DNA of 56,353 nucleotides from Chlorokybus atmophyticus (Eukaryota; Plantae; Mesostigma and Chlorokybus algae). Position numbers and translations under genes: made by a program. The stretch covers positions 1-56,353 of the forward strand of contig RHPI01002699.1 in the NCBI GenBank assembly GCA_009103225.1, given 5' to 3'. The notes beneath the pieces were generated by a model. It was given only the letters and a program-made list of their open reading frames with translations. It did no database searches and was not told where the DNA came from. Below, piece by piece: positions 10,431-23,110 of this stretch. Position 1 is the first letter of the stretch, and every line of letters starts with the position of its first letter.

Positions 10431-12967
10431 GGGGGGGGGGGGGGGGGGGGGGGGAGCGGATCGGCCCAACCCCATGAACTTTTTTGTCTTGTCACTCAGC
10501 CGCCCTTACACAAGCCAACCCCAAACACGCCGCAAGCAATGACACGGCCGCCTTCATATCTCTTTGGACCACCAAAAAGCTGGTGTAGCCTCATGTCTGT
10601 GAGAGCAGGAGCGGGAGTTGGAGCTGGAAGGTCTTCTTCAGCTGGTTAAAAACGGGATTAGAGCTGCATCAAGTATGCGAGGAGGGCTAAACTTGGAGTG
10701 AAGTTTGCAAGCATCAAGCTGCCTGCGTAGGAGTGTTGTAAATCAAGTCTGAATTGAGTAAGCTTGATAGCTTGTTAGCTTATATATTGTGTAGCCTTGG
10801 CTGTATACACATGTACACTAGCTACAATGATGTAGTGAACGGACCTAGCCACAGTAGGGCAGGGTCTACAGGTCTGGTTTTGAGTCTGTCTTATGAGTTT
10901 CAAGTAGATCAGGGTTTGTAACCTTTGTATAGGTTTTGGATCAAGTTTTAGGCGCTGGGAAACCGTTCTAGGGTTTTCGAGTTGGAGCGTCAGACTTGGC
11001 ACCACCTGGCTGGCGGCGTGGGCGGCCTTGAGGGCACGTGGAGGACGACCTCAGGTGTATTTTATGCATGTACTAGGCTGGCTTAACTTAGCTAGCACGT
11101 GTATAGGTCAATTGAGCTGTTCTGAACGGGTCAGGAGCTTAGAATAGCGTTGGTCTTTGCACCAGTCAGTTTTGGGCTACTTGTATTATATTGGTAGGTT
11201 TAAACTGTGTGTAAGGTTGGTCTACATTGCTTGCATTTCCTTGTTGAGCTTGTTGCTGCGTTTTGCATGTGTGTTCACGTGTGTTTCATATTTAGTCCTC
11301 GCTTTATACATTGTAGTGCTTCAAGTCTGAGTGTGTGGGTGCTTGAGTCTGCATTTCTCAAGCCTTATCTACTTAACCTGTCAACAGACTGCGTGCAACC
11401 TATTCAACGTACGCAAGAGATCAGTCGGCTAAGCCCATTGGTAATCCCATGAAGACACCATGCAATGGCATTTCCATTTGTAGTCAACGCTTAGTGCAAT
11501 TGAAAAGGCATTCAATGGCGTGCAGGTTTACAAATGTCAACAGGATGCGGATTGGTTGCGCCAGCAGATAATACCATGCAAGTGCGGATGCTATAGCATC
11601 CGCAATTGCAGTGGTCGGTTAGTGCAATGTGAGTGATGGCTTTATTTAATATAGTTCATGTTGTACCAAAACAGCGTGCCAGCTGCTAGCTTGCATGCTC
11701 AAGTGCGTGAAAGAGTGTCTTGTATGCCACTTGCGTGCCAGTCAATAAGTTACATACCTGTTAAATATTCAATATGCATTACTGGCAGGTCAGCAGATCG
11801 ACCCATTTCAAGGCTCTCTACAAGCCCATCACAGTCAACGCAAGAGTATGCTCATCACATGTGACTGAGCAAATGGTCAAATTATGTGAGGAGCCGTCAT
11901 TTCTGCCCGCCGGCTCGCGCGTGCCCCAGCGAGATGTGCAACAGCTATACTGTTAGATGTGCAATCACTTTGCCACAGGCTGCAGCTAGGTTTTGGCGCA
12001 GCAATGTGCAAGTGATAGTGATTACGCAAGCTTAAGTCGGCCGCCGACTGTGTTGGAAGACAGCTCCAGCGCACATGTACATTGTTGTGCATTGTATACG
12101 CTTGCATGTATTAGCAAACAATGGATGTCGACGTGTAGCATATAAGAATTTCGCATCATGTTGTGTTATGTGGGCAACAACAATGACAATGTCATGTGCA
12201 TTGGCTGCTAGAGTTTAACTTGTTGTAATGCAATAAAAGCTGTGAACCCATTCAACAAGTTCATTATTCCACACATTGTTCTCCATTTTCAGTGACTGCA
12301 ATCTTACGATAAGCGAGGTACATGTATATAGTGGTAGCACAGCTTGGTATACATATTCATCACTCGCAGTAGCAATACTTGTGGTCTACTCGTGTCCACT
12401 AACCCATGTAGTTCGAGTAGTACTTATGCAAAGTTACTCGCATCAAGTATTGCTTACTACTGGTCATTAGTGGTTACAATACTACTACTGTTAGAATATA
12501 TGTAAATCCCCAATGAAAGTAGTGAGTGTTCCAGTAAAAATAACCAGTTGAATTGAAGGCCGGCAAAATGTGCGTCATGGACAAAATGGTGTTGACGAAG
12601 ACCAAGTTATATGAGAGCACCTTCTCGAATGGAATTGCTCCGGAAAATTCCTAACCACATATGTTACGAAAGCATTTCCAAGTAGTGTGTTGATGTACAT
12701 GTACAATATACGCGGTTGCAATTGAATGCAATTCTGCATTTAAATTATACATGAATTAATATATCATTTTAACGCAAGCGTCTCCATACGAGCTCTCACA
12801 AATAACTCGCATTAAAAACCCGCTTTCTAAGATGTCGCTGTTCGAACAGATGTTGAACCATCCACATTGCTCAAACCTTGCGTCATCACCATTTGCACAA
12901 GTGTATATCTCTACTATATAACGCTCGGAGGGATCAAGTTCTACGATTGCAAATAGTCACAGCTACA

Positions 12968-13045
12968 TATGTGATGTACGTCTAACTATGCGCATAGTTG
13001 GACATACGTCACATACGGTATGTGACGTATGTCGAAGTATGCGCA
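12968..13045. repeat. Alternating inverted triplication (U-U'-U, ~25-bp unit)
   Basis: Perfect palindromes AACTATGC|GCATAGTT (12984-12999) and GACATACGTCACATAC-G-GTATGTGACGTATGTC (13001-13033). Confidence 0.85.
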
Positions 13046-13089
13046 AGTACCAAGAATGATGTACATAGTAGCAAGTAGTGATTTTAAAT

Positions 13090-13280
13090 TGGGGATAGGG
13101 TTATGGTTTGATGGGGGGTCGGGGGTCGGGGTCGGGGTTCGGGTTAGGGTTCGGGTGGGGATTGGGGTGAGGGCTGGGGGTTGAGGTGGGGGTCGAGGTG
13201 GGGGTCAGTTCGGGGTGGGCCCCACGGACTAGGTCGGACCTGGGTTGGATTCGGGGGTCGGGTTAGGGTCAGGGTTTTAG
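13090..13280 (+). repeat. Degenerate interstitial telomere-like G-rich tract
   Basis: Units TTAGGG, TCGGGG, TTCGGG, TCAGGG and TTGGGG. G-rich on +, opposite to the chromosome end. Confidence 0.7.
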
Positions 13281-13703
13281 ACATGGAACAAAGGTGCCGG
13301 TTATCAAGGGGCCATATGGGAACAACTATTAATAAACTAAGGCTTGCCATTATCAACCCCGACATTGCTCAGCATAATCAAAGCTATCCACAGCTACCAC
13401 CGCCGCTGCCCCAACGTTTTTGAATTTGCTATGTGCAAAACAGATCCAATCGATATTACTTGTGCATTTGACTTGATTTCATTGTGCAACTCACATGTCT
13501 TGTGCACAGTGGTTCACAAGTATTCACACAATAAAAGTTGAGGTGCATATTGCGATAGTCCACTTAATACGCCGAACAACATAATTTTATGGTATTGCTT
13601 TTAACAATCGGTGAAGCGATACTTGAACTACTTAAGGCCTTGAAATGCGTTCGTTGTTGCATACATGTACTTGCGTATCAATTTCACGACATGAGAACTA
13701 TTA

Positions 13704-14330
13704 CACTAACGCCGAAAAAAAAAAAAATTGTACATTTTATGGTGACTGAACAAGGATTGAGGGACTGACGGGTGCCTGAGCCTGCCTACCGCTGCCTGAA
13801 ATTGTCGCAACTTTGACACAATGACTGACAAGGGACTGAGGGACTGACGGGTGCCTGACGTAACAAATTGCTCCATAAAGGGACATTTTAGGACGGCCGT
13901 TACTATCAAGCAACATATACCAACGGCAAGCGGTCGACCGATAAGTACAATCCACGGCGGCCTGCCCGTGACGGCAACACCGCACTTTAAGGTGACGGAC
14001 AATTGTGTCGATCGTCCCATTTGCGCGATGGCGACCTATCTGTATAGCAGATAATTCACGTTTTGGTCACATACAGTGACGGCCGACCGTTGGTCGTACC
14101 CTGACCGTCGAAAAGTATGTGTGACGGCCTGCCTACTTTGGCAAGCCAGTCACTATTAGTCCCTATCATGAGTGACGGCCGACCGCCGGTCGTGCACTTA
14201 ACGCGGCGGCGACCTACTTATTGTGTGTCAAGTATGATAAGCAGGTGACCGCCGGTCCCTAAAGGTCGGCAAGTCGAGACGGTGGTACCGGCCAGCAAGT
14301 CGAGACGCTGGTACAATGCAGCCGCCGTAC
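13704..14330. mobile_element. Probable CACTA-type terminus with subterminal repeats (likely one end of the Plavaka element)
   Basis: CACTA at 13704. Imperfect 37-bp direct repeat at 13743-13779 and 13822-13858. Recurrent GTGACGGCC(G) motifs, seen inverted (CGGCCGTC) at 19730-20020. No matching terminal inverted repeat found. Confidence 0.45.
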
Positions 14331-15067
14331 TATGTTAATGGTACGAACAGTGCCATTGTCGCAATGGCACTATCGTACCAGTAGTATAGTACGATAGTGC
14401 CATTACGACAATGATACTTTTGTACCATTATAATAATACGATAATGCCGTTGCGAGTCACATTTCGACAACGCGTTTGAAAACTTGGGCTGCCCAGGTTA
14501 TTCAAACGCTCAACGGCTTTAAGTTGAACAGAGCGTTGTGAGCGACGGCGGTGGCGGCGCCGGCGGCAACGGCTAACAGTAGGTGAGCTTGGTTGCTGTC
14601 TGACGTTGTACTACGTGCAACATTGCATGCCATCAAACCACCCTGCTTGCCTTAGGGCGGCCAGGCCAGGCCAGGCTAGGCCAGACCAGGCTAGGCGGCG
14701 GCAGCGGCGACGGAGAAAGAACGGCGGCGGCGGAGCTAGAGCAGGCGGTGCAGGAGCCGCAGCTCAGTATAAGGGTAGTACTAGCAGTAGTACCTAAGGT
14801 AGTAGTAGCAGTAGTGGTAGCAAAAGTGGTAGTCTGCTGACTAATTGTTGAATGTTGCATTTATTATGTGATTGAGATGACAGTTGTGCAGTGACAGCTG
14901 CCCGGTATCGTACACGTTCACATGCAAAAGTCTTAGCATATGATTAGCAATGCCTAGCTGACTGGTATGCTCAAAACTTGAAGTAGTGAAACAAGTACAT
15001 GTGTCACATGGCAGTGCAGTGAACGTTCACTCAATACTTGCCCTCATGCACATGGGCGCTGTCCTTG

Positions 15068-18000
15068 CTAAAAAATTGGGAGCAGCTGGATAATGCCTTT
15101 TACTTGCTCCAGAGTCATGACATCGAGATGTGAACCCCCTCGACGCTTTTCCCATTGCAGAGCGATGCACTTTGTGTCGCTCGCCACATCCAGCTTCATG
15201 TACCAGCGGACAAACACGACCTCCTTCCACATGCGCTCGCCGCTACCACCCCACACCACCACGCGCAAAAAAAGGAGTGCCTGAGCATACCACGTCACGG
15301 TCTCACCGTCCTCATCACTTTCCAACTCAAGTGTAGAGAACGAAAGCCGCCCATGGAACATCCAAGTTGCGCGCGCCATGCTGACTCCTGATGTCATGTA
15401 CACCGCTGCGCCTCCGCTCACCATGCAAACAGCACGCCACCCGTTGGCAAACTCTAGTTGTTCCCTTCTCAACCAGCTGTCCAGTGTGGCAGCTTGTCGG
15501 CAAATGGAGTCTTCAGGGCGACTTGGCGGCTACGCACAGGACCGCTCCAGTACGGGCTGGACTCCCTCATTGTTAGCACATCCATCCGTAGCAACTTGTC
15601 CGTCTTTTCCATTACATTACATTACAGCACTGCTGTCGCGCTTGCATCATGACCGATCGCATCTCGGGATCCACGACCATGCCATCCTCTCTCACATACT
15701 CCGCTCAACTCCATGCCTTTAAGATGCGTTCCTGGTAGTCCTGGTTGTTGCCACCACGCGCCCACTGTTTGATATTTCGGGCGTGCGTCTGCTCCATGCG
15801 GTTGGCGCTTAACCAATCTGGGTGTCCACTGCTGACAATTGCCGACCCAAAATGAGTAAGCTGATGCATCTTCTCGATCTTCCAACCTGACTTCTGTGCA
15901 GAATATGACGACAGCAGCGGATGCAACACTGCAGCTTTGAAGGCAGCCAGCTCGTTGTCGGCTGTGGTCAGGGTCTCTCTTGTGTGTTCATGCGCCTTGA
16001 GCAACTTCTTGTTCCACTGGGCAAGCGATGCGGCAACAATAGTGAAGAACTCGTTGCCCTCACTGTCGAGCAGCAAACCGTCTGCGAGCTCCTCGAGGAC
16101 CGGCAGCAGCTGCAGCACCGCCACTTTCTCCACCACCTGAAAGGAGTGGTCGGACAGGAAGAAATCTACTGTGCTTGTGGGTGCCTTGAAGTGCGAAACC
16201 CGAAGAGTCGCCTTGCATGCATTCAGCCTGTACACATCTGCTTGTGAGCACGTGTCGTTGGATTTTGTGTTCAACACAAAAGCAACACCAAAGACGTGCT
16301 TGGCCTGCAGAATCTGTCTCGTGGATGGACGTATTCGTTCCTTCGCAGCGTCGTACACAGCAGCAAGCAGGTGGTCAATGATGCCTCCCAGCACTTGCAT
16401 TGCGTCAGGGGCAAGACGAGAGTAGCAGTCAGCTCCCGGCACCTGCGACTGTCGCCAATCCCACAGTGCATTTTGTTGCCAAACCACATTGCCTGGTTTC
16501 ACGGAAAGCCATTCATCCTCACGAATGCCGATAAGTTGACCATTACCTCCTCGACATGCATGGAGTGCTGCTCTTTAAAAGCCTTGGCTGTCTGGCGTGC
16601 ATTCCTAACACCGCTATGCAGGTCCGCCCGCAGCTGACGCATTGCTGGTGTGTAGTAGGCCTCGGTTCTCAATTCCCGGTCCTCATCCATCTCCAGCAGA
16701 TTTGATTTGGTGACGAGACAAACATCGCAAGGATGTTGTGTTTGGTTGCCCGACACAGTGCATGCGAGTGTGGCAGTCTCCTACAACACGACAAACTCAG
16801 ATGTTCTACTGACAACATCCTCCATGCACTGTTTGCTGGCAGACTGCATCCGGTTACAACCATGCATGCCCACTACCTGCAAATCGCTGATGTAGTTGGC
16901 AAGCGCGGGCAACACACGACGCTCGATGCCATTCGGGTCGATGAGTTGCAGACCTTCCCAGCTCGCCCGCTTCATCCCCTAACACTACATTCAAAGCATC
17001 ATGAAAAATCTCATGTTTTCGAATGGAGAACGATTCCTTGCCCTGCGCCCAGGTGGGATGCCCGGCCACTGCGTGAACCACCAGCAGAAGCGCTATCATA
17101 GCAACCCCCATGTTGCTAACATACATGTCTAAACTGTAGTTGGCAAGAGATGCCATCAGAGGGTAGCAAGAGCGTTTGCCCGCGCTGTCCAGCGTCGTCT
17201 TGTCACTGTACAGAATGGCAGGCGCCAAGTGGGACGCTTCCCCCACCTCTCTCCTCAAATCCACCTCAACATCCTTCCACCAATCGCCCGTGGAAGGATG
17301 GCCAAAGGATGTGCTCGTCACCACTGTACTGGAGATTAAAGCCATTGGCGTCATTTGGGTTGTCATACAACCGCGCGAGCCAAATCTGCTCCGACCAAGA
17401 GCATTAACAGCCATGCTGGCATTAGACTCTATTGCATTTCACAGACCTTGACCGGCATATATGTGACACTAATGTCCCGATCCACAGGGTCTTCAGGCTT
17501 GCGCAGGTCAGCCGTCAAATAGTTTTTATATGGCAGCACACTCGCATGTGCATGTGACACATGGCTCTGATGGTTGAAGCACATGCACCGCACACAGTGA
17601 ACACACCTCAAACTGAGAGAAAGCAATTGTGGTCGGGAGGTAGCTGGCCACATGCACCGGTCTCCCACCGGAGCTCTTCCGCCAGGAAGTATGCATTTCG
17701 GATGCACTTGATGATCCGCCCCATGCCGGAGGCCAACAGGCCTTGGCCGTTGTTGCACTGCACGAATGCCACTGCAAGAGCATGCTCCGAGCCATACCAC
17801 CTGAATTCCAACGCGTGCAAAGGGACGCCTCCACTTTCATGTTGGCGTGCCACAGGTTTCTCAGGCATTCGCACACATTGAAAGCCCTCGTTCACTTCTT
17901 CCTCGTCATGTTGCTGCTGTGCGAGTGTCTCCTAGAGGGGTCCTTCAGCATCAAGCATGTGCGCATCTTGGAACTCCCCTGTTCAACATGACCTGCACCG

Positions 18001-18173
18001 TACTGTAATGAACGCTGGCCGACATACAACTTGATTTGCTTGCACACCCTGCTAACAATGTGCATGTACCCGAGCTGCGTGTGATGAAGCGCATGTGGCA
18101 ATACGGACAAAGAACTCCCATAGCTCACTACTGACGTAAACACAGGTGTTGCTAATGTAACCTGCATCATCAT
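15068..18173 (-). pseudogene. Plavaka-family transposase, intron-containing and decayed
   Basis: Motifs HPSTGDWW, PAILYSDKTT..AGKRSCYPLMASLAN, HEIFHDALNVVL, GLQLIDPNGIERRVLPALANYISD, HPCDVCLV, EKMHQLTHFGSAIVSSG...MEQTH..NIK, and C-terminal WYAQALLFL...VFVRWY. Frameshift near 16976 and in-frame stops. Confidence 0.8.
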
Positions 18174-18593
18174 ATACCAGTAACATGCACAGCCGCCGCC
18201 GTCGCCGCCACCACCGCCGTCGCCGCCACCGCCGCCGCTACCCTTGCATGCCAGAGGCGGGAAAATTGGCCGCCATCCACTGGCGTGACGGCTCCGTCAT
18301 ATCATTATTATGGTATGATCAAGCTATTGCATGTCCAAGGTGGGGTGAGTTTGCATAATATCCTAATTGAACCGTTTCAATAGTACGAAGATGCCTTTGC
18401 CAAAATGTACCATTGAAATGGTACCTTTGAACAGTGGCAATGGCAGTTGTACCATTGACAAGTGCTAGCAATGCTATTCCCTGCGCGTAAAACACCATTG
18501 ATGGCTCCGCCAAGCTATGCCCTTATAGGGCGGTGATGCCAAGGGTTAGGGTGTGGCGTTTGGTGAATCGTTGGCGGCGCTGCCAGGGGCGTA

Positions 18594-19484
18594 GTGGGCA
18601 TTGTCATCGAGGTCCGGGATGAAGCCCATATTTGCACGCGGCGAGCAAGGTGCCGTGGGGTGTCCTTGATGTCAAATCCCACCATGCCCACCAAGGGCAC
18701 AGCCAATGACAATAGTGAGTTGGGCGATATCATACAGGGCTTCCCCTCCAAGGGGGCAAAGGCACACCACAATACTGCCTTTAAGAACATCCGACCCACT
18801 AGCAGCTGCGACCACGCGACATGATTGAAGAGACCAAACAAGCCTGGCATAACCAAGGTGGGTTACGATGCACTGTCAATGCCACATGCTAGGGTTCTTT
18901 TATCTTGCACATGCACAGCCTCAAGTATCTTGTACATGACATACACCGTCAATATCACATGCACACCCTCATGCACAGCCTCTAGTGTCATGCATATGAA
19001 CAGCATGACCATTCTCACATATGCACAACCTATTTCTACTTGCGGGAGCTCACAAGTCGCAAAAGAGAAGCTGCGGAGTACCACGAACGGGTAATTCATG
19101 ACCTGGTTTTATGTTTCCAGCGGCAATTAAGCAGTATGCTTGCAGATTGCCATGTTGGTCACAGAGAACAAAGAGCAGCGCGGCAGGCTGAATGTCTGTC
19201 TGGCGGAGTGCGACAAAGCGGAAGACAAGGTAAGCATGTGTATGCTTATGGGTTGGCCCTCTGGCAGAACGCCACTCTTACAGCAGTACCAAATGCAAGT
19301 GGTCACTCTCATAGCGACCATCAAGCGCATGCGCGTGCACGGCGAGGTGCCGACATTCAAGTTGAAGGACGAAGTAGCCGCTGTATTGTCAGCGAGCGAG
19401 GCTGCAGATGAAGATGACTCCGATGTTGAAGCAGAAGACTTGTTGGAGGAGGAACAGGAAAAGGGGGTTAAGGAGGAGTTTTGA
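18594..19484 (+). pseudogene. Accessory gene divergent from the Plavaka transposase, with acidic C-terminus; unknown function
   Basis: Exon-like ORFs bounded by GT/AG, ending ...EAADEDDSDVEAEDLLEEEQEKGVKEEF-stop. Stop codon within the first exon. Confidence 0.4.
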
Positions 19485-20399
19485 AGCAGGCACCACGGGT
19501 TGACAAGCTGCGCATGAGTACGACAGCTAGACTCAATGTTGTAGGTAGTTTCATGCGCAACTTGGCTACTCAGTTGCAAGTGGACATACTTATCTCATTG
19601 CCAGTACGTTGCATATATCGTGGGCTTATAATTGCAAGACCAAACAATCAGTCCAAGGTTTGTACAAGTTGCATGGCATGTGAGTGTTGGCTTACGGCTA
19701 TTGCTGTCAGCTGTCTGTAACTATCGGCTAACGGCCGTCTGTGCACATCGACCAAAGGGTAACTGGTTGACAACTTGGCCGGAGTGCCACGGACAACCAC
19801 TTTCGGCCCGCAGCCGTCTGTGTCAGTCCACGTAAGTCAACGGCAAACTTAGCTGTCCAAAAGTCTCATCGTCGCAAAATGTTTCCCCTGCCGGCCGACT
19901 GAATATTGGCAACGGCCGTGCATCTGAGGATACTCATTTAGACTGTCAACCTTCAGTCTACCGGCGATCTCGACACAGGGACCTGAGCATAACGGCCGTC
20001 ACCATTAGTTGGCAGCCGTCTGCATAAAGGGACTGACCCTAATATAGGTACTTGACAGGTACTCAACAGTTAAGCAAAGGGGACTTGACCTAACCAACAG
20101 GTAACTGACTGGTACCTATCAGTTAGGTACCGGCGTGTACTGTACGCTAACTGAGCGAAATTGTCAGGTACTTTAAGGTACCTACCGTTAATGATGAGTA
20201 CTTTCAAGGTACCTGTTGGTACGGCTCAATCATGATTAGGTGTCACACGTGATTGTCGTCATTAGCTGTGCAAGAATGCGTGCCAAATAATACAAAAACA
20301 AAAAAATAAATAAATTACAATGTGACATACTGAGCTACTACTACTACTGCTAGTACAACTAGCAGTCGTAGCATTAAGCCTCAATACAATGCACCACAC

Positions 20400-21686
20400 T
20401 CAAGCCTCATGGTTCCATGACGCAGGAGGGTAGTCACAATGCATATCCATTGTTTCAAGCATGAGACACCCTATGCACTCCGCCATTGCAGGAGGAACTG
20501 CATTCCCTATCATAACGGCCAAGGTCATTTATAGCACTCCGAGCACTGTTTGCCATGCAGCAATGCCGCCCCTAGTGCTTGGAAGGCCACAGACCGGGTA
20601 CATTTGCTGTGGCGCGTTTGATGTCACGATCGTCTTCTTCGCGCTAGCGGACAGGTGCGGCGATAGCAATCCAATCGCCTTGCCCGCGTGCGAGCAGCGT
20701 GCTGGTGGGTAGCTACCACTGGCTGTGTTTCAAATAGACGGTGTCGGAAGGTTGATAGGCCAAGCATTGTGCCACAAAGGGAGATTGGGTCTGAATGAGG
20801 AAGCTGCTTCTTAGTACATTCTCAATCACAAAGTTGACCTGGCCTGCAAGCAACAGATGTCGGACGAGCGGTATCATATTCTAGTGTGTCCAGAATGTGC
20901 CGCCCATTGAGGAGTCGGGATAGCACTTGAGTAGGCCTGGCATGGTGTACTGGCCCATATGAGCTCGTACTCGCTCAGTTCTCCTGCACTCAAGGTGCAT
21001 ACATTGCGGTGTATAAAGGGCAGCGGGTACTCAGAGGAGGGACTTATGTCCATCCCGGTCACGTCAAAGCCTGCGTGATATAGATCGACAATGGCACCGC
21101 CACCGCCGCAAAATAGGTTGAGTGCCCTTGGTCTGCGTGTGCGTCCAAGCTTGTTGTCAAATGGCATGTATGTGATCAAGGCTGGCCGTGGTGCTGGCCA
21201 GGGACTAACAATGATACCGTCCGAGCTTGTTTTGCAACGATCATTCTCCCCTCTGGCGCGCAAAACATGGCGTGCCACGTCAACTGATGTGTACGCGAAT
21301 ACGGTGTGCCCTTTAATGTTGATGGTTTATGATCGATCACCGTCGTCGAATACAATACGGTGCTGCCCTGCAAAGCTATCCGCCATTGCACCATGCATAT
21401 ATGATGCGTCCTCAATCTTGCACGCCAAGAAGCAATGCTGACCTGACGCTTGCTTGAATAATAATAATAATTCCACAACGCCCGCGTACTATTCCCCATC
21501 TAGCGGCCAATGCACCATGACACTCACACCGATCAGCTGCTCGCATCCCATCCTTAACTGCGTTCCGCAGCCGATGCAGTGCGCTTTCCAATGGTCGATG
21601 GTCTGCCTCCTCCAGCGGCTAGGGGGTGGAACTGCCCACACCCACATCGCGGAAGACTGCTCTGAACGCGACAACAGCTTCAACAT
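20400..21686 (-). pseudogene. Tudor-like domain + phage/bacterial-type C5 cytosine DNA methyltransferase, decayed
   Basis: LIGVSVMVHWPLDGE*YAGVVE...HRIVFDDGD (Tudor), ALNLFCGGGG (motif I, ~21100), GFDVTGMDI...YPLPFI, IWASTPCQAYS (motif IV, ~20940), NFVIENV (VI), ISLCGTMLGLSTFRHRLFET, WQTVLGVL*MT...IGNAVPPAMAECIG (X). At least 3 frameshifts and several stops. Confidence 0.85.
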
Positions 21687-22059
21687 TGGGGCAGACTGCC
21701 GGCTTCAACTTGCAGCGGGTGGGGTAAGGTAGGTGCAGAAGCCACATCGGTTGTTGCACTGTGCTGTGGTCTCGCCGGTTGCGGCAAGAAGGATTGTTGC
21801 CCTGCAATCACCGATGCTGCTCGTGGAGGAGACGGCAGTGCATGAAGGACTAGTGCCGTGGAAGGTGGATGCGCTCTGACTGTGAGGGGAGCAAGTGCGG
21901 CAGGTGAGACCACTTGTGCATGCAACAAGGGGGGCTGTATATATGACCCATGATAACATGGCTCACAATGTTGCAATTAGTGAATATAAGCTTATGCATG
22001 TGCCTGACGCATCGGTACCAAGGCACAATCATAAAAGACAGCAACTTACCTCAATGGCC

Positions 22060-23110
22060 CGTGGGCTGCATGGAGCAGGGGAAGCCATGGGGGTTGACAA
22101 GGTGGTATTTGGTGCACCCTCCTCGCCACCCTCAATCGCAGACTCGTCACGGCGATCGTGAGCCATGGGCATAGGATGCGCCACTACCCCAATAGACATG
22201 TCGGGATATAACAGGCCAACATGCATGTTAAACTGATGCCGCATTGCCGCCGCGCTCATTAGCAAGTGGGATAAAAGGACCAGTTGATGGGATTGAATCT
22301 AGGCTTGCATAGGAGCTCCAACATGACCTAGTGTATTGCGGTGATGTCTACCCATCACATATGGATTAGCTGCATGCTTGCGACACTTCAATTGCAACAG
22401 TCAACTGCGTCACACCGTCATAAGTTGGTTGCTTCAAAAAGTCACCTACGGCATTGGTGGTTGATGCACGCATAGGTGCATGGACTGCATCATTGCTTGT
22501 TGATGCACTACTAGTTAAATGCCGGACGAATGGCCACGCGCTCCTGTGCTCAAACCAAGCCTATTCCGTTCGGCACGCGCGCGCGACTTCGCACGCTCAC
22601 GCACATCCTAGCATGCTAAGGTCGGCATGCATTGAAGGTGCATGCAGTCAACATGCACAGCGAGATTGGCAACAACATACCGCCGCCCAGCTCTGTCTAT
22701 TTGCTCTGGCTTCCGCACTGGGCTTGACTATGGGGTGGGTATGAGGGAATAGTGGAGGCCTGTAGCCACGCTACATGTATCACATGAACTGCGCCGTAAA
22801 CGTAGTGCTCTTGCAAGGAAATGCAGGTGACTTTTAAGCGTACCTCTGCATTCGTTTATGCTTGTCCCCAAAGTTGCAATTGGTCCCGCATGGTTCTGAC
22901 AAGGGGCTCCAAGGATTGCAGCTCTTGATCCACTCTTTGTTGCAGAAAGCGAGCCACCGAGCAGCTCTCTGTGTAAAGATGGTCCTGGATGGCTTGCCTA
23001 CTAGTTTGTCCAATGTTGGTGATGCATGTTGAAGAGCCCCATTGCTGACGCCTCCCATGATCCATGACATGGCGCCCGATATTTGCTGGCTTCGCTGCTT
23101 GAACTCTTAC
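22060..23110 (-). pseudogene. Possible decayed tyrosine-recombinase-like fragments upstream of the Tudor-MTase
   Basis: SRTIFTQRAARWLAFC..EWIK.CNP resembles an integrase N-terminal SAM-like helix. TGPFIPL...SYAHGSR gives an HxxR motif, followed by GWRGGCTKY. Heavily disrupted, and the HxxR-to-W/Y spacing is too short. Confidence 0.25.

Noticed and set aside
11000-11330. Minus-strand RKCKQC...HLRSSSTCP as a MULE-type zinc knuckle
   Set aside because: The halves are ~170 bp apart with no valid acceptor and with stops; too degenerate to call.
12480-12960. AT-rich MULE/Helitron-like terminal sequence
   Set aside because: No partner TIR, TSD or CTAG hairpin end found in the window.
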